Positions 10,774-25,248 of a stretch of DNA of 64,000 nt are shown here, one piece after another (within the stretch, counting starts at the first letter, position 1; every line of letters begins with the position of its first letter). Source of the stretch: Naegleria gruberi (taxonomy: Eukaryota); assembly GCA_000004985.1 (NCBI GenBank), contig GG738847.1, one strand, 5' to 3'. A program made the translations under genes and the position numbers. Under the pieces are notes generated by a model. That model was not told where the DNA came from and searched no databases. It saw only the letters and a program-made list of their open reading frames with translations.

Positions 10774-10949
10774 CTTTTCTATTATTTAAAAGAATTTTTA
10801 AATCTTAGAAATCATTTTGTTACTGTGAAGATATCCTTAAGTATTAGATAGAACAAGTTTATCAGTATTAGAATATTAATTCTGTTGTTGTATTTTATCA
10901 CACTAAACTTGGCGCTCTTCAAAATACAATTTAAATTTAGCCTTAAAAA

Positions 10950-13900
10950 ATGCTCAAACAACCAACAACAAAACCATTGGCTATTGTTGGGGTCAATAAT
11001 AATCAACAACAGAGAAGAGTTACACAGAGTAATTTACCTCAACGACAAGCTGTCTCTTCATCATCACGACCATCGACATCATCCCGAACACCACAACCAC
11101 CAACAAATTCAACTAGGAAAACCACATCAAACAATAATCATCAGACAAACAATAATAGACTTCGACAACAATCAGCACACAACGTTCATACAACATCTAA
11201 AAATTCTAAAATACCTGATAATAGAAGTTCTTCTAATGAACCTCTTATTAGATATCACAATTTGGATGATGAGGAACCGGAAACTTTGGATGAAGAGGAA
11301 GAAGATATTCAAACAGTATCTGTGATCCCTTCTTTTGGAAGAAATATATTTCATCAACAACGAGTTAATATCAATGGCGATTCAGTAATGAAAATTAGAT
11401 CACCAATAATACAAACCCCTGTAAATATTCCATCAACAGAACAAAAAGTAGTAATCAAACCACCAACAAAGTTGACTGATTCAATAAGTGCCCTCACTAA
11501 ACAATATAGAAAACTGGGCGATTTCCCATTTCAACCAACAATACAACCTGAAAAACAAGAAAGCTTTTCGGATGAGTGGTCAAGGAAAAAACAAGCTGCA
11601 TTAGAAAGGAGAAAAAACAAATCGAGGAATGAATATCTTGCAAGAAAAGTAGTTGATCATTGGAAATGGTTTGCAAGAAAAGGATTGGATGAAATTAAGG
11701 CCAAAAATAAGAGGAATATCGTTTTAATATTCAAAACATTTCAACATTGGAAAAGAAGAAAAGAGGAAAGAGATAATTTATGGAAAAAAGAATTTATTGT
11801 ACAAACAAGACAAAAGTTCACTTTGATGCAAACCTATTTCAATCAATGGTTGACTCAATTGGAAATATCGAGAGAAAGAGAAGAACTCTACACAGATAGA
11901 GCTTACAGTTTTTTGAAACGAAAATTGGAACACAAAGTGTTGAAATCTCTTAAATTATTTGTTCTGCAAAGAAAAGAAAGAAGAGAAATTATTGATATAG
12001 CTGATACTTTTGCAAATAGAAGAATCATTAAGGGCTCACTAAGAAAAATTAAGGAAGGTTAGTATATTTCAATTACAATAATAAGGACTAACATATGATA
12101 GTTAAAATAATGCAGGATAAGGACACAGCAGCTGATCATTTCTGGCAACATCAACTATTCATTAAAACAATAAGAAGTATTAAAATGTATATAGGAGAAG
12201 AAAATTACAACAAGGAATGTTTGGCACTGGAGTTTTTCAATAATAATCTGAAATCAAAATCACTGAAATCACTTGCCCTGTACTATAGAGCCAAAGAGCT
12301 CAAAAGAAAAACAATTGAACAGAATAATATGAAAGCTGATAATTTCTTCAAAGATCGTCACATTCAAGAATACTTTAAAGCTTTGCAAGATTTTTGGCAA
12401 AGTAGAAAACAAAAACAAATCAGAGAGCAAACCTCATTTACTTATTACAGAAATACTAATGTCAAGAATTTCTTTGGATATTGGAAAATGTGCAGTTCAA
12501 ATTCAATCCATTTCAAGGAGTTGGAGGTATGTTGATTATTAAGGAAATTGATTCAAATAACTTATTGCTTAGTCAATCATCCAAAAGAAGGAAAGAAAGG
12601 CTCTTTTAAAAGAGTTTTTTTCTCAATGGAAAGAAAAATTAAATGGGAAAAATCTCATGCTCAATATGGAATATGAAGCTAAACGATTTTATGACCACAG
12701 TATCAAATGCAGAGCCTTTATAAGTTTGAAAACTGTAAGTTGAACACCATGATATTTCTAATATCGATTAGTATAATAATTTTAGGCAAGAAAAAGAAGA
12801 ATCAAAAAACAAATCAATTAGTTTTAATTCGTTTTCAGTTGTGTATAAGGCATTCAGACATTGGAAGGTAAGTTGTTTGAAGAAGTTATTACTGATGAAA
12901 TAATTAGACAAAATTTGAATTAGAGAGAGATAAAACATCAGAAAAGAATAGGATTGTTGATAATTTGATTAGAACCAAAAACAAGCAACTTATACTGAAA
13001 GTAATAGCCAATCTAAAGTCTCATAAAAATAAGAAAAAGGCCAAACAAAATGAAGAAGATAAGAGAGTTATGGAACTACGAAAGATATTACAAAGAAAAA
13101 AGATGGAAAGAATTCTTAAATCATGGAAAGATTATCAAAATTACAGAACACAAAGAAGAGTTGATTATGAAAGAGCAGTTATGCACTATCAAAGAATTCA
13201 AAGAGAGAAATCAATGAAACAACTCTACGCATACATGTTATACAAGAGAAGGAAATATTGCCTCTATGAAAAAGCTGAAAAATTCACAATGAATCACTCA
13301 ATCAAGAACATATTTCAGTATTGGTTTGGAATAGTGGATGACAGATTGAATACTAAATGTAAAATCAAGAAGGCTGAGTTTACTTTCTCTAAACATTTAG
13401 CCAAGAAAACCCTTCGTTCCTTTAAGAATTATGTTTATTACAAAAGAGCCAAATCCAAGTTAGAAATTGAAGCTATGGAAAATAGAAAAGCACTCCTAAT
13501 GAGAAGAGGCATGATACAGTTAATGGAAAGTTCCTTTGAGGAAAAAACAAAACGAATGAACATGATTGAAAGGTTAAATCTTAAAAGTACTGCTGAAGAT
13601 CTGAAGAAAATTGAAAAATTTGCTAGGCATTGGCTTTATATTACAATAAGAAATGCTCACAAGAGAGGATCTGGTCTTTTTAGTGGATACAGAAGTTTGA
13701 CCATTCAAAACACCAAAGAAGAGGAACCATCCTCAAACAAATTTGATAGAGAACCTACAAGTCAACTAAAATATCCAAAAAGAAGAGCTTCTCCAAGAAG
13801 ACCATCAGATGTTGATCGTCTAAAGTTTAATGATTCAAATTCTGTTACAATGGCCCCACCATCAAGAGTCAAGTTTGAAAGTTTTCCTTCTCCTAGTGAG

Positions 13901-14332
13901 ACTAGTAGTATTTCAAGTGAATTGCTAGAACAAGAGGAATTAGTCAGTAGAATTGAGAGAATTGAAAATCTCTCCTCTGTTGTAGAAGAAACAAATAACA
14001 ATATAACTGAAGAACCAGTTTATACGAATGATACAAGCACTACTGAAGAACAAGAGGCTATCCTTCTTCAGGTTGATAAAATCAAATCCATTCTTGAAGA
14101 ATTTGATAATAATTGGACACCAGTATACGAATTTGAGAAGGAAAGAAGAAAAGCCTTGAAGGAACTCTTAGATCTCGAAGAAGATGTTTCCATCATGCAA
14201 GAGTATGCAACTGAATTGTCGCACCTAGAGAAGAGAGCAAAAACCTATTTGAAATTTAAGCGGGAAGAACTTCCAAAGCTTTTGAGTCAATTACATGATT
14301 GTCTACATTCTGTGTTGCCGCTTTCTGAATAA
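10950..14332 (+). CDS. Sfi1-like centrin-binding repeat protein, 5 exons
   Basis: Exons are approximately 10950..12057, 12102..12526, 12573..12734, 12772..12867 and 12908..14332. Introns are 44, 46, 37 and 40 nt with GTTAGT, GTATGT or GTAAGT donors and CTAAC/CTAAT branches. The spliced frame is continuous. The protein has about 23-33-residue repeats ending in a conserved Trp followed by basic residues: HWKWFARKG, FQHWKRRKEERD, FNQWLTQLE, FWQSRKQKQ, FGYWKM, FSQWKEKL, AFRHWK, LKSWKDYQNYR and FQYWFGIVDD. This resembles Sfi1 repeats. The 37-nt third intron is tentative. Confidence 0.45.
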
Positions 14333-14353
14333 AAAAAAATAGCCTTAATCATC

Positions 14354-16952
14354 ATGCTCAATCAACCACTCAACCCACAAGATTCATTTTTGAGTCGATC
14401 AACCTCGGGTAAAATTATGAGAACGCCAAGTCGATCAAAGAGAACATCAACAACTCCTCTTTCTTCATCAACTAGTACTCCAAGGAGAGGAAATCAAGAG
14501 GCTAAAGGTGCTACATCATCCACAGCTGTTAATATTGTTGCTATTTTGGACAACCCGGCAAGAGATGTAGGCTTTGCTGTTTTCAATATGAGAACGAATT
14601 CAATCTTCCTCACTCAGTACAATGAAGGATCAAGCTACATCAACACTTGTAATATGTTGAAAGTGTATGAACCATCCGAAGTACTTTTTCCTAAATCTTT
14701 GTTTGATTCGAAACTAGCCTCTATCGTCAAGCAAGAATTAGAATCTAATGCTGATAATCAAAATAGTGCTGCAAAGGCTAAGGTAACCTTCATTGCTAGA
14801 AAACTCTTCAATGAGAATAAGGGAGTTGAAATAATAGACACCCTAATGATGGATGATAATGCTTCTATCAAATCCGATACAATTGCCAAATATTTGAGTG
14901 TTAGTTCCCTCTCTGCTGTTGTTCAATATGTTGAATTCATTCAAGAGTTAACATTTCAACCAAGAAGTCTCCGAATTAATTATGTTGCTTGTGATGGACA
15001 TTTAATGCTTGACTCTGCCAGTATTTCTTCCCTTGAAATTGTTAGAAGCCTCAAATATGGAAACTCTCATTGTACACTACTCTCACATATTGATAATACT
15101 AAGACACCAATGGGAAAGAGAATCATTAGATCAAATATTCTTCAACCATTGCTTGATGTTAATTCTCTCAATGCCAGATTAGACAGCACTGAGGAGATAT
15201 TGTCCAAGGAGAAAGAGTTTTTCGAAATTGGAGCTCTCCTTGCAGAGTTTAGTTCCATTGATCTGAGTCATCTATTAACTCAATTCACTCACACCAGAAA
15301 GAATGCGAGAGGTTCTTGCCACACTCTTGTACTCAATATTATTAGCTTGAGGAAGATGTTGAGTAAACTCCCCAAACTAGAAAGTTGCATGAGAGAGTAT
15401 AATACTCCAATCCTCCAAGCAATTTGTAGTGCTCTCAAATTCCCTGAAAATGAATCTCTTCAAGAAGAAATGGACGAGATAATCAATGAGAAAAGCATTC
15501 TTAGTTGTAAAAACAAACAGCAACAAATTATCTTTGCAGTAGCTCCTGAAATTGATGCTCTGTTGGATATTGGAAGAAAGAAATACATTGAGACTGTTGA
15601 AGAAATCCACGAACATCACAAGCATTGCCAATCAGAGGCAGGAATTTCCTCTCTCAAGTTAAAATACAATGTAAGAAGAGGATATCATTTTAGCATTGAA
15701 GGTAATTATACATTTCTAAATTGATTCTTAACATTTCAAAGATAAAAATGGAGAGTCACACAAAATGTTCATTCAAAAGTCAAAGAAAGGAAAACAAACT
15801 CACTGCTCCACCCAAGAATTGAACTCCCTTAATGTTAGATTGAAGGAAATTATTGATGAAATCTACCTAATGACAGATTTGGTTGTGAATAGACTTGTAG
15901 AATCCATTAGAAATCATTTGAGTCAACTTTACAAGCTGAGTGAGTCCATTGGATTATTAGATATGCTTTATAGCTTTGCCACCTTAGTTACTCTATCCAA
16001 CAATTACGTGAGACCAGAGTTTTGTAGCGAGGGACCAATAGCCATCAAACAAGGAAGACATCCTGTCATGGAGAAGCAACTTCAAGGCCAATATGTTCCT
16101 AATGATACCTTTATGGCCGAATCATGCAACTTTCAAATAATAACTGGAGCCAACATGAGCGGCAAGAGCACATATCTTAAACAAATAGCCACTATTCAGA
16201 TACTAGCTCAAATTGGAAGCTTTGTTCCATGTGCTTTTTGCAATTTAAGAATTTGTGATAGAGTATTCACCAGAATTGGTAATAATGATAGTATTGAGAG
16301 CAATAGCAGTACATTCATGGTAGAAATGGTATGTTACCAATTGTTTTAAACTTTTAAATCTTATCTATCATTTAGAAAGAGGTAACCAATATTGTTCAAA
16401 ATGCAACAAACAAAAGTCTAATAATTATTGACGAACTAGGAAGAAGTTCAAGTAATATTGAGGGAACTTCAATTGCTTGGAGTATTGCAGAACATTTGAG
16501 TGTAAGTTTTACAAATTCAGCTTCATTCTTAGTTATTAAATTAGTCAATCAGAGCCTATTCTCTCTTTGCAACACATTACACAGAATTGAGTGATTTGGA
16601 GAGCTTGTATCCAAATATTAAAAATTCACATCTCAGAGTAACAACCACACAAGACGGTGAATTAAACTACTTGTATCAAATCCAACCTGGTAACTGTAGT
16701 GAAGACAGATATGGTATTAAGCTTGCAAAAATGCTTGGTCTCTCTTCCAAGATTATCACTGAAAGTGAGCATATTCTCGATGAATTACTCCAGCAAAAGC
16801 AAAAACCTCAAAGAAATACTGAGGATATTAAGCAAAGAAAAATAGTATTTAGTATTGCATCTAAATTAATTGCCCATTCTGATGCAGGAATTGACAGTTT
16901 CAAAGAAATAGTACAGAAATTACAATCAACTATAAATGTTCAACAAAATTAG
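14354..16952 (+). CDS. MSH4: MutS homolog, MSH4-like meiotic crossover factor, 4 exons
   Basis: Exons are approximately 14354..15701, 15742..16328, 16376..16501 and 16545..16952. The Walker A is FQIITGANMSGKSTYLKQIA. It has DELGRGTS and FATHYTEL motifs. The N-terminus IVAILDNPARDVGFAVFNMRTNSIFLTQ resembles the MSH4 start ([23 protein letters not shown]) and lacks mismatch-binding domain I. It ends with TAG at 16950-16952. Confidence 0.6.
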
Positions 16953-18078
16953 GAATCAAATTTTTGGAACATTTGTGAACAAAACTCGAAACTGCCCAAA
17001 GTTAACACTGCAGCAGGTACAACTCTCACTAAATTAGCTCCCATTCCACGATAAAATCCTCTATATCCTTCTTCATGCCAAATTCTGTAAATAGCATCCC
17101 TCATTCCTTTATATGGTTCATAATTAGCTCCTGTTTGAATATTTTTACCATGTCCATGATCTTGTAATCTAGATCTCAACACTTCGTGAGGATATGCAAT
17201 CATACTGGCTATAATCTTACTAACAGAACTGGCTATTAAAATATCAACTGTTGAATTATGTCTCTTATCATGATCTTTCAATAATCTTTTCAAATATTCT
17301 ATTCAAATATAATCATTAGATAATTGTTGATTGAATGAAACAAAAACATACCATAAGTTGGGAATTGTACACCAACGTGAATTAAACCAAATAATGAAGG
17401 AGCTAATCCTCTATATAAACCTCTAATGCCTTCAGTTTTGAAAATTTCACTCAAGGCATGAAAAGTTCCAGTATATTTCTTTTCTACTTGTGTTTGCATT
17501 CTAGTTTTTACAACCCACATAGGTGATGTTATGAATGAAGTAATAAATCCACTGAGCATCGAACTAAAAACGTGATTTAAATGTACATGATTTGAAAGTA
17601 AAGCACTCTTTCCGAATGACTCTTTAAAATGTTCATATGATGTAAAGTAAATTGCCCAATTCGGAACATATCCCAATAAATTTGTTCCTAATCCTTTGTA
17701 TAAACTTGTAATTCCTTCGTGTTTGATCATGTGTTTCATTGTTCCTAAAATTCCTTTCGATTTTTGATATTTTGGTATATGCTGATTAGATAAGTGAGTA
17801 TAGTGAGTTGGTATTTTGACAGGAATTCTTTGAATGATTAAACGTGTTTTAACTACATCGAGAGGTGCCAATACTATGGTTGATATTACACCTGACATAC
17901 TTCCAGCCAATGCATTAACCATCTTTTGATGATGAGCAGAATTTGTATTCGGAAGGGTTGATAAAAGTAAATTTGTAATTGATGATGAAGAAGATGACAA
18001 TGGTAATGAATCATTCATATCACCAATAGCTGCTTGTTGCTGCTGTTCACTGCTACTACTTGTTGATGATGGATTCAT
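16949..18078 (-). CDS. mitochondrial carrier protein (SLC25; folate/FAD/NAD/pyrimidine-nucleotide-transporter-like), 2 exons
   Basis: Exons are approximately 18078..17352 and 17298..16949, with a 53-nt GTATGT intron. It has three carrier repeats with signatures PLDVVKTRL, PMWVVKTRMQ and YPHEVLRSRLQ. Its TAA stop, read on the minus strand, overlaps the MSH4 TAG. Confidence 0.7.
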
Positions 18079-18662
18079 TTTTCTTATTATTATTGATGAT
18101 ATTAAAATATTAATGATGATGAACTGTTAATGATGACAATGATGATAATGGTAATGGTGGAAGAATCTTAGGGTTAGACTGTGCTATTGTATTGAAGAGA
18201 GAGAAGGTTCGAGAGATTGTGGCTATCTATGAATAGCAGATTTATATCAAATATTGGCCGACAACCTAGAAGTTTAATTAATATCAAGGCTACCTCAAGA
18301 ATCCTTCAATTTTTTTCAGTGTTTTATATTAATCCAAACATTCAAAAAGAATCCTTTTAATATGTTGATGAGAGAATTGTTTTTTACAAGTTCAAAATTG
18401 ATTAGAGAAGTAAATTGATTAATCATGATTTCAATTAAATCCTCACTGAAATGACAACGATCCGAGATTATATTCATCACCATCACCATCTATTTATCAT
18501 CAGTATCAGTAAGGATTTAATTGTAATGTGGTGATTAATTTTCATTCATACCCAATCATATCCGAAAGAGGAGGATTTTCTTCATGTATCAATTAGGCCC
18601 ACTAATAAAAATCTTCTCTCCGAATTAATTCGATACAGTAACAGTTATTAATAATTAAAAAA

Positions 18663-21600
18663 ATGAACGGAGTTGTCGATTCCAAAAATCATCAACATAC
18701 TCTCACCCCTCCATCGACCAATAATAACAATAATACGATCAATAATAATAATAATAATAATGGAAAGAAAAGATCGGATAGTTTAAATAGTACCACTTCA
18801 TCAATTTTATTTGATCATGACAAGCCTAAATTTATTGAATTTACAACAAGTACTCCGAGTGGACCGATTAATATTTCTTCATTCATTTCAAAGATTTTTC
18901 ATAATACAACAACAACAAATCAACAAGCTAATAATACATCATCTAATTTATTAAATAATCATCATAGTAATTTATTAAATTCTGATTTAACTAATGATCA
19001 CTCTGATAATTATTACTTTTATGAAAATCCTACCAATCAAGCAGTTTCACTTTTTGTTAGTGGTAATAAATTGAAATTGAATGAAAATATTAAAATTAAA
19101 CAAAAGATTTTAAATAGAGAAGATATAACTGATACTGAAAATATTGAAGTTAATCAATTACATTTAACAAGAAGAGAGAAACCAACATTACATGCCACTA
19201 GTCATAATAATGCTAATCAACATTTAAATTCTTCTCAAGAATTTCAAAACAAGACACTTGATATTCAACATATTGATAATTTAATTAGTAAGAAGAAGAG
19301 ATCATTCTCAATTACAAAGAATAGCTCAAATGTTATTGAAACTGAAAATGATACTTCCTATTCTGGATTTTCACTTGTTAATAAGAAGGAACTTTTGAAA
19401 ATGGAAAACAGAGTTGATTTACAAGCAAGTAGACATAATAGTACTGATTCTTTACTTTCCAGATCAAAATCACATCCAGAATTGTATAAATTTATAAGTC
19501 AAAACAATAGCTCAGATGAAATTGTAAACTCTGATAATAATAATAATGGATCAGCTCCACAATCACCAAGTAATGCTCTTCAACAACAACAACCTTCATC
19601 TCCAGGTACACCAAATAATCTTCCAAATTCATCATCAACTGGTTCTGGTTTTCAATCAGGTACTGCTGATTCCTATCATTCACCAACAAATGATTCTCAA
19701 AGTATTGGTGTTATGAGTCCTTCCATCATGACATCACCTTCTCATCATTACCATTATCAACAACAATTACATCAAAATCAACAACAACAACAATTCAATT
19801 CCTATTCAACCCCACCTACCACACCCTCACGTGAAAATACCTTTAAACAATTTCTCAGTAATACACTCCAAAAGAAGAATCATTCAAAACAATTTTGGAT
19901 GCCAGATGATCGTGTCACTAATTGTTATGAATGTTTAACACCATTTAGTGTTTTTAAGAGAAAACACCATTGTAGAATTTGTGGACAAATATTTTGTTGG
20001 AAATGTTCTGATTATTTCATTGATGGTAAAAAGTTTGGTTTATCCTCTAAAGTTAGAGTTTGCATTTATTGTTACAATTTAATGAAGAAAGATAGTGGTG
20101 ATTCTAATTTAACTGATTATCCTAATCAATCAAATAAGATTGTTGACACGACTGTTGCTTCATCCGGTTCAAATTTACTAAATTCTCAAAGAACAACATT
20201 TTCATCCATGTTTACATCGAGTGTTGCTGAGGATTTTGATGCATCACAACAATTTAATGATCCAATTGATGAGGAGGGAGATCGAGTGGATGGTCTTTCC
20301 AATTTAATGGATGGAATGGATGGTGGAGCTGGTGCTGGTGGTGCCAATTCTGCTGAGGAAGATTCAGAAGATTCAGAGGATGAAATGATTTATCAACATC
20401 CTCAAGCAACTACCACTATTTTTGATGATAATATGGCTAATTCTGACATGTTTAATGGAAATGCTCAACAAACTGTTGATAATGAAACAGTTCCATTCAA
20501 AATTATTTCAGGAGAAGAATTTGAACAAGGTTTTGATGAACATTTGAATTCCATTGAAGAATCATCACAAGTACATTTGAAGAATATTGTTCTCCAATTA
20601 ATTCAGAAAGAAAATGAGCAACATAATCAAATTATTGATAAGAAATGGGAAGAAGTTATTGTTGGTCTTGCTTTAAGAACTGTTAACACTGTAAATCCAA
20701 ATATGATAAGGGGTGATAAGATGGATATTACCAATTATGTTAAAATCAAAAAAGTATTGGGAAGTAATTTATCGAAGAGTGAATACATTGATGGAGGTGT
20801 TGTTTTTACAAAGAATATTATTCACAAAAAGATGAGAAATAATTTAACCAATCCAAAACTCTTAATGTTAACCTGTCCAATTTCATATCAATATCACAAA
20901 GCTGATACATTGATTGCATCGATGGATATTTTAATAAGTCAAGAGGAAGAATTCTTAAAACTTTTAGTTGAAAGAATTGCTGAAAAGAAACCTGATTTGG
21001 TATTGTGTGAGAAATCTGTGAGTAGACATGCTAAGGAATTATTATTAGCGAAGGGAATTTCTGTTGCTGTTAATGTTAAAAGAAGAGTTTTAGAAAGAAT
21101 TTCAAGATGTAGTGGTTATCCAATTCTATCTTCAATTGATGAATACAACTCTGCAACTCATCAACAATTAGAACCATCTCTACAACATGTTAATCATGCC
21201 TATGTTAAAAGAATTGGTGATAAGAATTTGTTTATTATTTGTGGAAGTCAAACAGATGCTCAATGTACCATTGTTTTGAGAGGAGAAAATGAAAAGGAAT
21301 TGGACCTTGTTAAAAAGATTTTCAAGTTTGCTATTTATGTTGCTTACAATCTCAAATTGGAAACTGAATTCTTCTTTGATCAATGTGGTACTTTATTAGA
21401 TACAAACCAAGATGAAGACACAACTAACAAACCATTCATATTATCTGCCTCTCCTCATGTTAAATTCCCATTGAAAATTCAAGATTTGGATTTGGGTAAA
21501 TGGAACATTTCATCAAATTTGATTTTACAAAAGAATCAAGAAGAATGTACAGAATTGGAATCATCAATGTTTGAAAAACTCCTAACACCATATGCTCACC

Positions 21601-24147
21601 AAAACATCATTGTTCTATTCACAAAACATCCTAAAATTGATCCAAAAGTTATTTCCAACATTGAAAATCCATCAATTTCACCTCCAGAAACTATTGTCAT
21701 TGCATATTACACTGAAAATGATATGCCATTAGGAAAGTTTCTTGAACTCAGATGTTTTAATAAGGCCAATTTGGCAAATTATTTGAATACTATCCGAATC
21801 TATACTCATAATGAAGGTAAAATAACTTTAACCATTGAAAAGTCATCAGAAATAATTTCCTCCTCAGATGAAGGTATTGCCATGTGGAATTATTGTAAAA
21901 TTTGTGAAAGACACGTTACACCTGTTATTCCAATGTCCGAAAGTGCCTACAAGTATTCATTTGGTAAATTCCTTGAATCAACATTTTATAATCATTCATT
22001 GAAATGTAGAACAGGAGGTTGTAATCACTCAGTTCATCATGATCATATTAGATATTTTGCCTATAATGATATTATTGCCAAGTTTGAATACAAACCTGTG
22101 AGTGTATATAATTTAGTGTTCCCAGGAAATCAAATTACCTATGATAGTAATCAACAACGTAATCAATTCTTGATTCTTATTCAAAATGTCACTGATGCTT
22201 GTCAGATTTTATTTAATGATTTTAATCAACTCGTAAATGAAATCTCTTGTAATTATTCAGTATTGACACAGGAACAAATCACTCAAGTTACTGAACTTGG
22301 AGAACAAATCAAAACACAACAATCTTCACTGTGGACAACATTAGAAGCCATTTCACAAACCAAAGAAAATATTTACACTTTGAATGATTTTATTAGAAAT
22401 GTTTACATTTCCTCATTGGGATGGAATGATATGATTATTGAAATGTTTTCCAAGTTTGGAATGCTCAAAAACAATGGTAAATCTTCAACCTCAATCAATA
22501 ATAATACTTCATCCATTCCAAATGCATCTTCATTAACTAGTAGTTGTATAAAGAAGAAGGAAACAAAGATTTCTGTTCAATTAACAGTTGATGAAAATAG
22601 AATCAAAGTAATACTTGAAGAGATTGAATGTGGTGTCAATGTACCATTACTTAATTTAGATAATGTTGAAACAATGAGTACAAGTAGTAGTTCAAATGGT
22701 AGTAGTATGGTTAATAGTAATAGTCTTGGTAATTTTACCACTAGTACTGGTTTATCACTTGATACTAAAATTGTTTCTCCGAGAGGAGCTGATACAGATG
22801 GAGAGTTGGTTTCACCAATTTCAACCTCAAGAAAATCATTTAATATTTTCACATTCAAGAATCAAAACAAACAATCTTCAATCTTTGATCAATTACAACT
22901 TAAACCAGTGAAATTACCAAATATTATTGATAATGTTTCAGCTCACATGTTTTTACCATCAGGTTCTAATGATGCCAATGTAATTGTTTACAATGATGAA
23001 CCATCTACTATTATTTCCTATACATTGAGTTCAAATGATTATTACAAATTCCTTCCTTCAAAAGATGATATTGATATTGAATTAGTTTTAAAATCAAAAG
23101 ATAAGAATCACTACAAGTTTTGTAAGTATATTTAACATCAAGTAGTATTAATTATCTACTTAGCATTCTATGATACACCAAATTCAACTTCCAGTAACAA
23201 GGTAACACTTATTAATGGTGCTGAATTACCATCCAATACTGCAATAGCTTCAAATCCAATATCTGCAGGTAGATCTAAGAATAAGACCAAGTTCAGTTGC
23301 ACTTGCTTCTTTTCTAATCAATTTTCTGCTTTAAGAAAAGCCTATTGTAATGGTGATGATTCATTTATTCATTCACTTGCTAGATGTGTCAAGTGGACAC
23401 CAACAGGTGGTAAAAAGGGTTCATTTACCATGTCTTGGGATTCTAGATTTGTGTTAAAAGAAGTTTCCCGAGTTGAATTGTTATCATTCTTAGAAATTGG
23501 ACATTCCTACTTTGAATATGTTGCCAGTTCTTTATATCATGAATTACCAATTGTTTTAGTTAAAATATTGGGAGTTTTTAGATTGAGTTACCATGATAAT
23601 AAGGGTAAACCAATCAAGAAAGATGTGATTGTTATGGATAATTTATTCTACAATAGAAATATATCAAAGAGATTTGATTTGAAAGGTTCTACAAGAAATA
23701 GATATCAAAAAACAGAAGGAGCCACATTGATGGATGAGAATTTACTCGAATGTAAGTTTTAAATTTTCATTTAATTTCTAATAATATGTCAATACAGTTA
23801 TTTGTAATGGATCTCCTCTCATAACAAGAGAAGCATTCAAGTCAATTTTGACAATTAGTGTATTCAATGATACCCTATTCCTTAGCAAGCATAATGTCAT
23901 GGACTATAGTTTACTAGTTGGTATAGATGAAGAGAATGGGGATATTATCCTTGGTATTATTGACTATGTGAGACAATACACGTGGGATAAGCATTTTGAG
24001 ACTTGGGTCAAATCTGCTGGTATTATTAGTAATAAGGGTAAGGTTCCAACTGTTATTTCACCAAAACACTACAAGACAAGATTCAGGGAAGCAATGCAAA
24101 GGTATATTGTTGCTACATGCAGCAAATTAACAGGTTTATTGAGTTAA
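18663..24147 (+). CDS. PIKFYVE: 1-phosphatidylinositol-3-phosphate 5-kinase (FAB1/PIKfyve), 3 exons
   Basis: Exons are approximately 18663..23121, 23164..23751 and 23798..24147, with 42- and 46-nt GTAAGT introns. FYVE finger: RVTNCYECLTPFSVFKRKHHCRICGQIFCWKC. It has a chaperonin-like domain and a cysteine-rich CCR domain (CKICERHV...CNHSVHHDHIRYF). The PIPK catalytic domain has GGKKGSFTMSWDSRFVLKEV and MDYSLLVGIDEENGDIILGIIDYVRQYTWDK. Confidence 0.85.
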
Positions 24148-24232
24148 ACTCCAAAATTCCAAATTAGCACTCACTGAACCAGCAATAAAACAATTCTCTG
24201 CAAAATGTTATTTAAGATTACTATTAAAATTC

Positions 24233-25248
24233 TTAGTACTTACCCTTTGGATGATAATCTATTGAGACAACTGGTGTAGAATCTGAGTCAATCTTTGGTA
24301 TTTTGCAAGATTGCTCATTTTCTAAATTCCATTCAAAAATATTTCCATTCTCATCTCCACTCAACAAATATCTATCATCATTCGAAATAGTATGCTTAAT
24401 TTGATACTTTTCGTTAGTATGTCCTGTTAATGTCCTAAGGATATTCCCACTTTCAATCTCAATCATTAATATTGTAGAATTCAGCAAACTGCAACAATAG
24501 GTCTTGTAATTTTTACTTATTGAAACATGACCAACTGATGCTCCTCCTAAATCGTCCACTTTCAATTTACCCATACGAATGTCATAAATATGAACTGTTC
24601 CATCAACACATCCAGCAATAATACTCGAATCTGAGCTAGTAATACTCGAAACACTATCTTGAAAATCTCCCAAATTTTGCACAGATTTATATGAAGCAGA
24701 TCTGACATCCCATACTTTCAAAGTTCTGTCATATGATCCTGACATGATTATTTCATTATTAAAATTATATTTTACACAATTCACTTTCTATAAAGAATAA
24801 ATTTCCAAATAAAAATCCAAATATATTACATACTCCTTTATGTTCCTTAAATCTCCTCTTCACTTCACCTGTTGAAACATCCCATAAAAATACATTTTTA
24901 TCAGCGCTTGCACTCACAAAATAATTATTATCGTTCGATCTGAAATAAATCATATATTTTACATATTTGAAATCCTATATATTTTACATACATATCAATA
25001 TCAAATACTTCATATCCGTGAGATTTATATTCCTTCAACACAAAAAATGATTTATATGGATTTAATAATTTAATATTCTTATCTGCACCAGCACTCATAC
25101 AATATTGACCATTTCCTTTACTAAATTGACAATGAAGAACAGATCCATTATGTTTCTTTTTTGATATATCCACTCCTGATTGTAATAAATTATTTAAAGA
25201 GCATTCAATTTGATAATTCCGATTATTGGTTGAATTTTGTAGGCTCAT
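24233..25248 (-). CDS. WDR83: WD40 protein WDR83/MORG1-like (MAPK organizer 1), 3 exons
   Basis: Exons are approximately 25248..25002, 24939..24834 and 24787..24233. It is collinear with human WDR83: HCQFSKGNGQYCMSAGADKNIKLLNPYKS...GYEV, SASADKNVFLWDVSTGEVKRRFKEHKG, IMSGSYDRTLKVWDVR, DGTVHIYDIRMGK and LLSGDENGNIFEWNL. Exon coordinates are uncertain by 1-2 nt. My hand reading near 24781 and 24900 did not match the ORF track frame. Confidence 0.65.

Noticed and set aside
18190-18200. TTAGGGTTAG (1.6 telomere-type repeats)
   Set aside because: It is a single short occurrence inside an intergenic region and is consistent with chance.
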